NCBI GenBank assembly: GCA_030704615.1
Contig: CM060733.1
Coordinates: forward strand, 75,082,001-75,146,000
Direction of reading: 5' to 3'
DNA from: Takakia lepidozioides
Lineage: Eukaryota; Plantae; Bryophyta
DNA: 64,000 nucleotides
Below the pieces are notes generated by a model, which was given only the letters and a program-made list of their open reading frames with translations, searched no databases and was not told the origin of the DNA. Position 1 is the first letter of the stretch; every line of letters starts with the position of its first letter. Position numbers and translations under genes: made by a program. Shown here in pieces: positions 61,410 to 64,000 of the stretch.

Positions 61410-63090
61410 AAAAAAAGAGGTATAGAAAGAATGGAATGGTCATTGTGAAACTTACTGAGGTTTTCTTATTGAAGAAGAGGTGAAAAAAAAAGGTTGGGTG
61501 AGTCATCATGCATCTTACTTAGGGATTCTTGCATAAACAAGAGGCAAGAAAAGTTTGGATGCTCATTGTCAAGCTATCTGACGTTTCCAGTATTTCATCC
61601 ATGGTGGATGGATGATGGATGGATGAAATATTGAAGGAGAGGTTAAAAATAATGAGGATGGGCAAGAACAGGCCCCAATATATGACCCCTCATTGTGAAA
61701 CAGGCAATGGTTTTTGTTAATGTAGATGAGGTGAAAATTAAATAGATGGTCATCTTCAAGCTTATTTAGGCTTTGTTTGTGAAGAAGATGTGTAGCAAAA
61801 TGAGCGGTTTATTGTGGAACTTGTTCAGGTTTGTGTTATTGAAGATGAGGTGGAAAAAAAACACATGGTCATTGTGATTGCTTATTTAGGGTTTCTTTGT
61901 GAAGAAGAGGTAAAAAAAAACATTGAGCTATCCTTGTGAAAACTTGTTTAGGATTCTGTTATTGAAGAAGAGGTGAAAAAAAAATCAGATGGTCATCATG
62001 AATGCTTATTTAGGGTTTGTTTGTGAAGAAGCGGTGAAAAAAAAAGTTAAGCTCTATCATTGTCAAACTTGTTCAGGTTTCTTTTATTGAAGAAGAGGTG
62101 GAAAAAGAAATCAGATGGTCATTATGAATGTTTGTTTAGGGTTTGTTTGTGAAGAAGAGGTGAAAAAATTGAGCTCTCATTCTCAAACTTGTTAAGGTTT
62201 CTGTTATTGAAGAAGAGGTGAAAAAAATATCAGATGGTCATCATGAATGCTTATTTAGGGTTTGTTTGTGAAGAAGAGGTGAAAAAAAAAGTTGAGCTCT
62301 ATCATTGTCAAACTTCTTCAGGTTTCTGTTATTGAAGAAGAGGTGAAAAAAAAACTTGAGCTCTACCATTGTCAAACTTCTTTGAGTTTCTGTTATTGAA
62401 GAAGAGGTGAAAAAAAAGCAGATGGTCATCATCAATGCTTATTTAGGGTTTGTTTGTGAAGAAGAGGTGAAAAAAATTGAGCTCTATCATTGTCAATCTT
62501 GTTTAGGTTTCTCTTGTTGAAAAAGAGGTGAAAAAAAAATCAGATGGTCATCATGAATAAATTAGGGATTGTTTGTGAAGAAGAGGTGGAAAAAAAACTT
62601 GAGCTCTATCATTGTCAAACTTCTTTAGGTTTATGTTATTGAAGAAGAGGTGAAGAAAAACCAGATGGTCATCATGAATGCTTATTTAGGGTTTGTTTGT
62701 GAAGAAGAGGTGAAAAAAATTGAGCTCTAGTCAATCTTGTTCAGGTTTTTGTTGATGAAAAAGAGGTGGAAAAAAAATCAGATGTCATCATGAATAAATT
62801 AGGGTTTGTTTCTGAAGAAGAGGTGAAACAAAAACTTGAGCTCTATCATTGTCAAACTTCTTCAGGTTTTTGTTATTGAAGAAGAGGTGAAAAAAAAATC
62901 ATATGGTCATCATGAATGCTTATTTAGGGTTTCTTTGTATAGAGGACGTGGAAAACAAATGAGCTGTCATTGTGAAACTTGTTGAGGTGCCTGTTATTCA
63001 AGAAGAAGTGGAAAAAAAAACAGATGGTCATCATGAAGCTCATTTACGCAATGCTTCTGTAGAGGCCGTGAAAAAATTAAATGAGCTTTC
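61410..63090 (+). repeat. Satellite, ~60-bp subunits / ~120-bp dimer
   Basis: gaagaagaggtgaaaaaa recurs about every 60 bp, alternating cagatggtcatcatgaatgcttatttagggtttg and gagctctatcattgtcaaactt variants. Confidence 0.95.
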
Positions 63091-63366
63091 ATACAGACAC
63101 TTGTCCATGTTTGGCAACCCCGCGAACAAAAAACAGTTTTTTTTTTTTTTTTTTTTTTTGCCCGGGGCAATGTTGGGGGTGGGGGCAGAAGTGGTGTGCG
63201 TTGACGCACACAATTTTAGAGGCTCGTAAACCAAACCCGATGAAAAAAAAAACTACCTTTCATAACGAGACATCGCCTGCTTGTCAAGATTTAAGAACTG
63301 TGTATACATGTTCTACAAACAAGGCAGCCCTTTCCGACATTGCGAAAAATCGCAACATATGCAACA

Positions 63367-64000
63367 CTACTCGATATTGCCAATGTCTCGCTGCAAAAGT
63401 GTCCGTACCTCACCAGGACCAAGTGTCGCCTGGTGAATGATTTGGTCTCTTTTGGGATCACAATACATCCTGCGCAAAAATATGTAGTAAAGATGCTTGT
63501 AGGGAACCCATTTCCTTCTCTTTCCTAGAGCTTCCTCACGCATGCACACGAAGTCGGGACAGGTACACCCCGGAAAATTTCCCACCGTCACCTGATAGGC
63601 CCTGTCGTGCAAAACAGACCCAGATGTGACCAAAGTATAAACCCGTCCATACCCAGGTGAAGGTACTTCCATAGTTCCTGTTACCCGAGCCTGAAGTAGT
63701 CTGGCCGATTCCACCTTCGCATCGTGATCAGGCCCCGAAGCCACCCTATGCACTGTTTTGCCATTCCTTCTCGTGGGATGCGAAGTATCGTCTAGAAGAG
63801 GCACCATAGCAGCAAGGCCACCAAGAGTCGACGCCACAGATCGGTGCAGACGAAAGCTGACGTCCTCCAACTTGCCAATCTCCAGTGCTGTTAGGGAGGT
63901 TCCCACCCGCACTGGCCAAATGGTGGGTGGGGGAGGCTTAGCAATGCAGGAGTCGCGGACGGTACCATTCACACAGCAAGCCATATCGTCTGGGCAGAAC
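63367..64000 (-). mobile_element. 3' end of a second related Mutator transposase with SWIM zinc finger (continues beyond window)
   Basis: FCPDDMACCVNG..WPVRVGTSLT is homologous to FCRHDIMTCVYG..WLVELGCDLS at 45.8 kb; SWIM-type YQVTVGNFPGCTCPDF...WVPYKHLYYIF. Confidence 0.8.

Noticed and set aside
61410-63090. Interstitial telomere
   Set aside because: Only single TTTAGGG motifs per unit, not tandem telomeric repeats.

Overview
Eukaryotic, intron-containing plant nuclear DNA. It is probably from a seed-free plant (bryophyte/hornwort-like); this is inferred from PLS-class PPR remnants and transposon types and cannot be proven from the window. Left half (1-33 kb): a degenerate, tandemly duplicated OSB-PDF-motif/PLS-PPR chimera with other exon fragments (ALWAYS EARLY/LIN-9), an intact TMEM41/VTT gene, an L1 LINE remnant, a hAT non-autonomous element with a perfect TSD, two tRNA-derived SINE families, a lesioned phosducin-like gene and a multi-exon At4g35850-like mitochondrial P-class PPR gene carrying an intronic LINE. 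Right half (33-64 kb) is nested transposon terrain: a Harbinger-type Myb remnant, captured gene fragments (HMA exon, PPR-E, PI4K-beta), Ty3/gypsy pieces and satellites. The standout is a large Mutator-like element (~45.4-57.8 kb). Its transposase lies head-to-head with a spliced gene encoding a ParB/Srx-like domain (DGNHR) fused to a beta-class N4C/N6A DNA methyltransferase-like fold. That gene is bracketed by helically phased arrays of the palindrome (AC)GGAAATGCGG-NN-CCGCATTTCC(GT), which also recurs inside its introns. A second methyltransferase-like remnant lies next to a different palindrome family (GACGGGAGATCTCCCGTC). Family assignments are from visual motif recognition only; no database searches were run.
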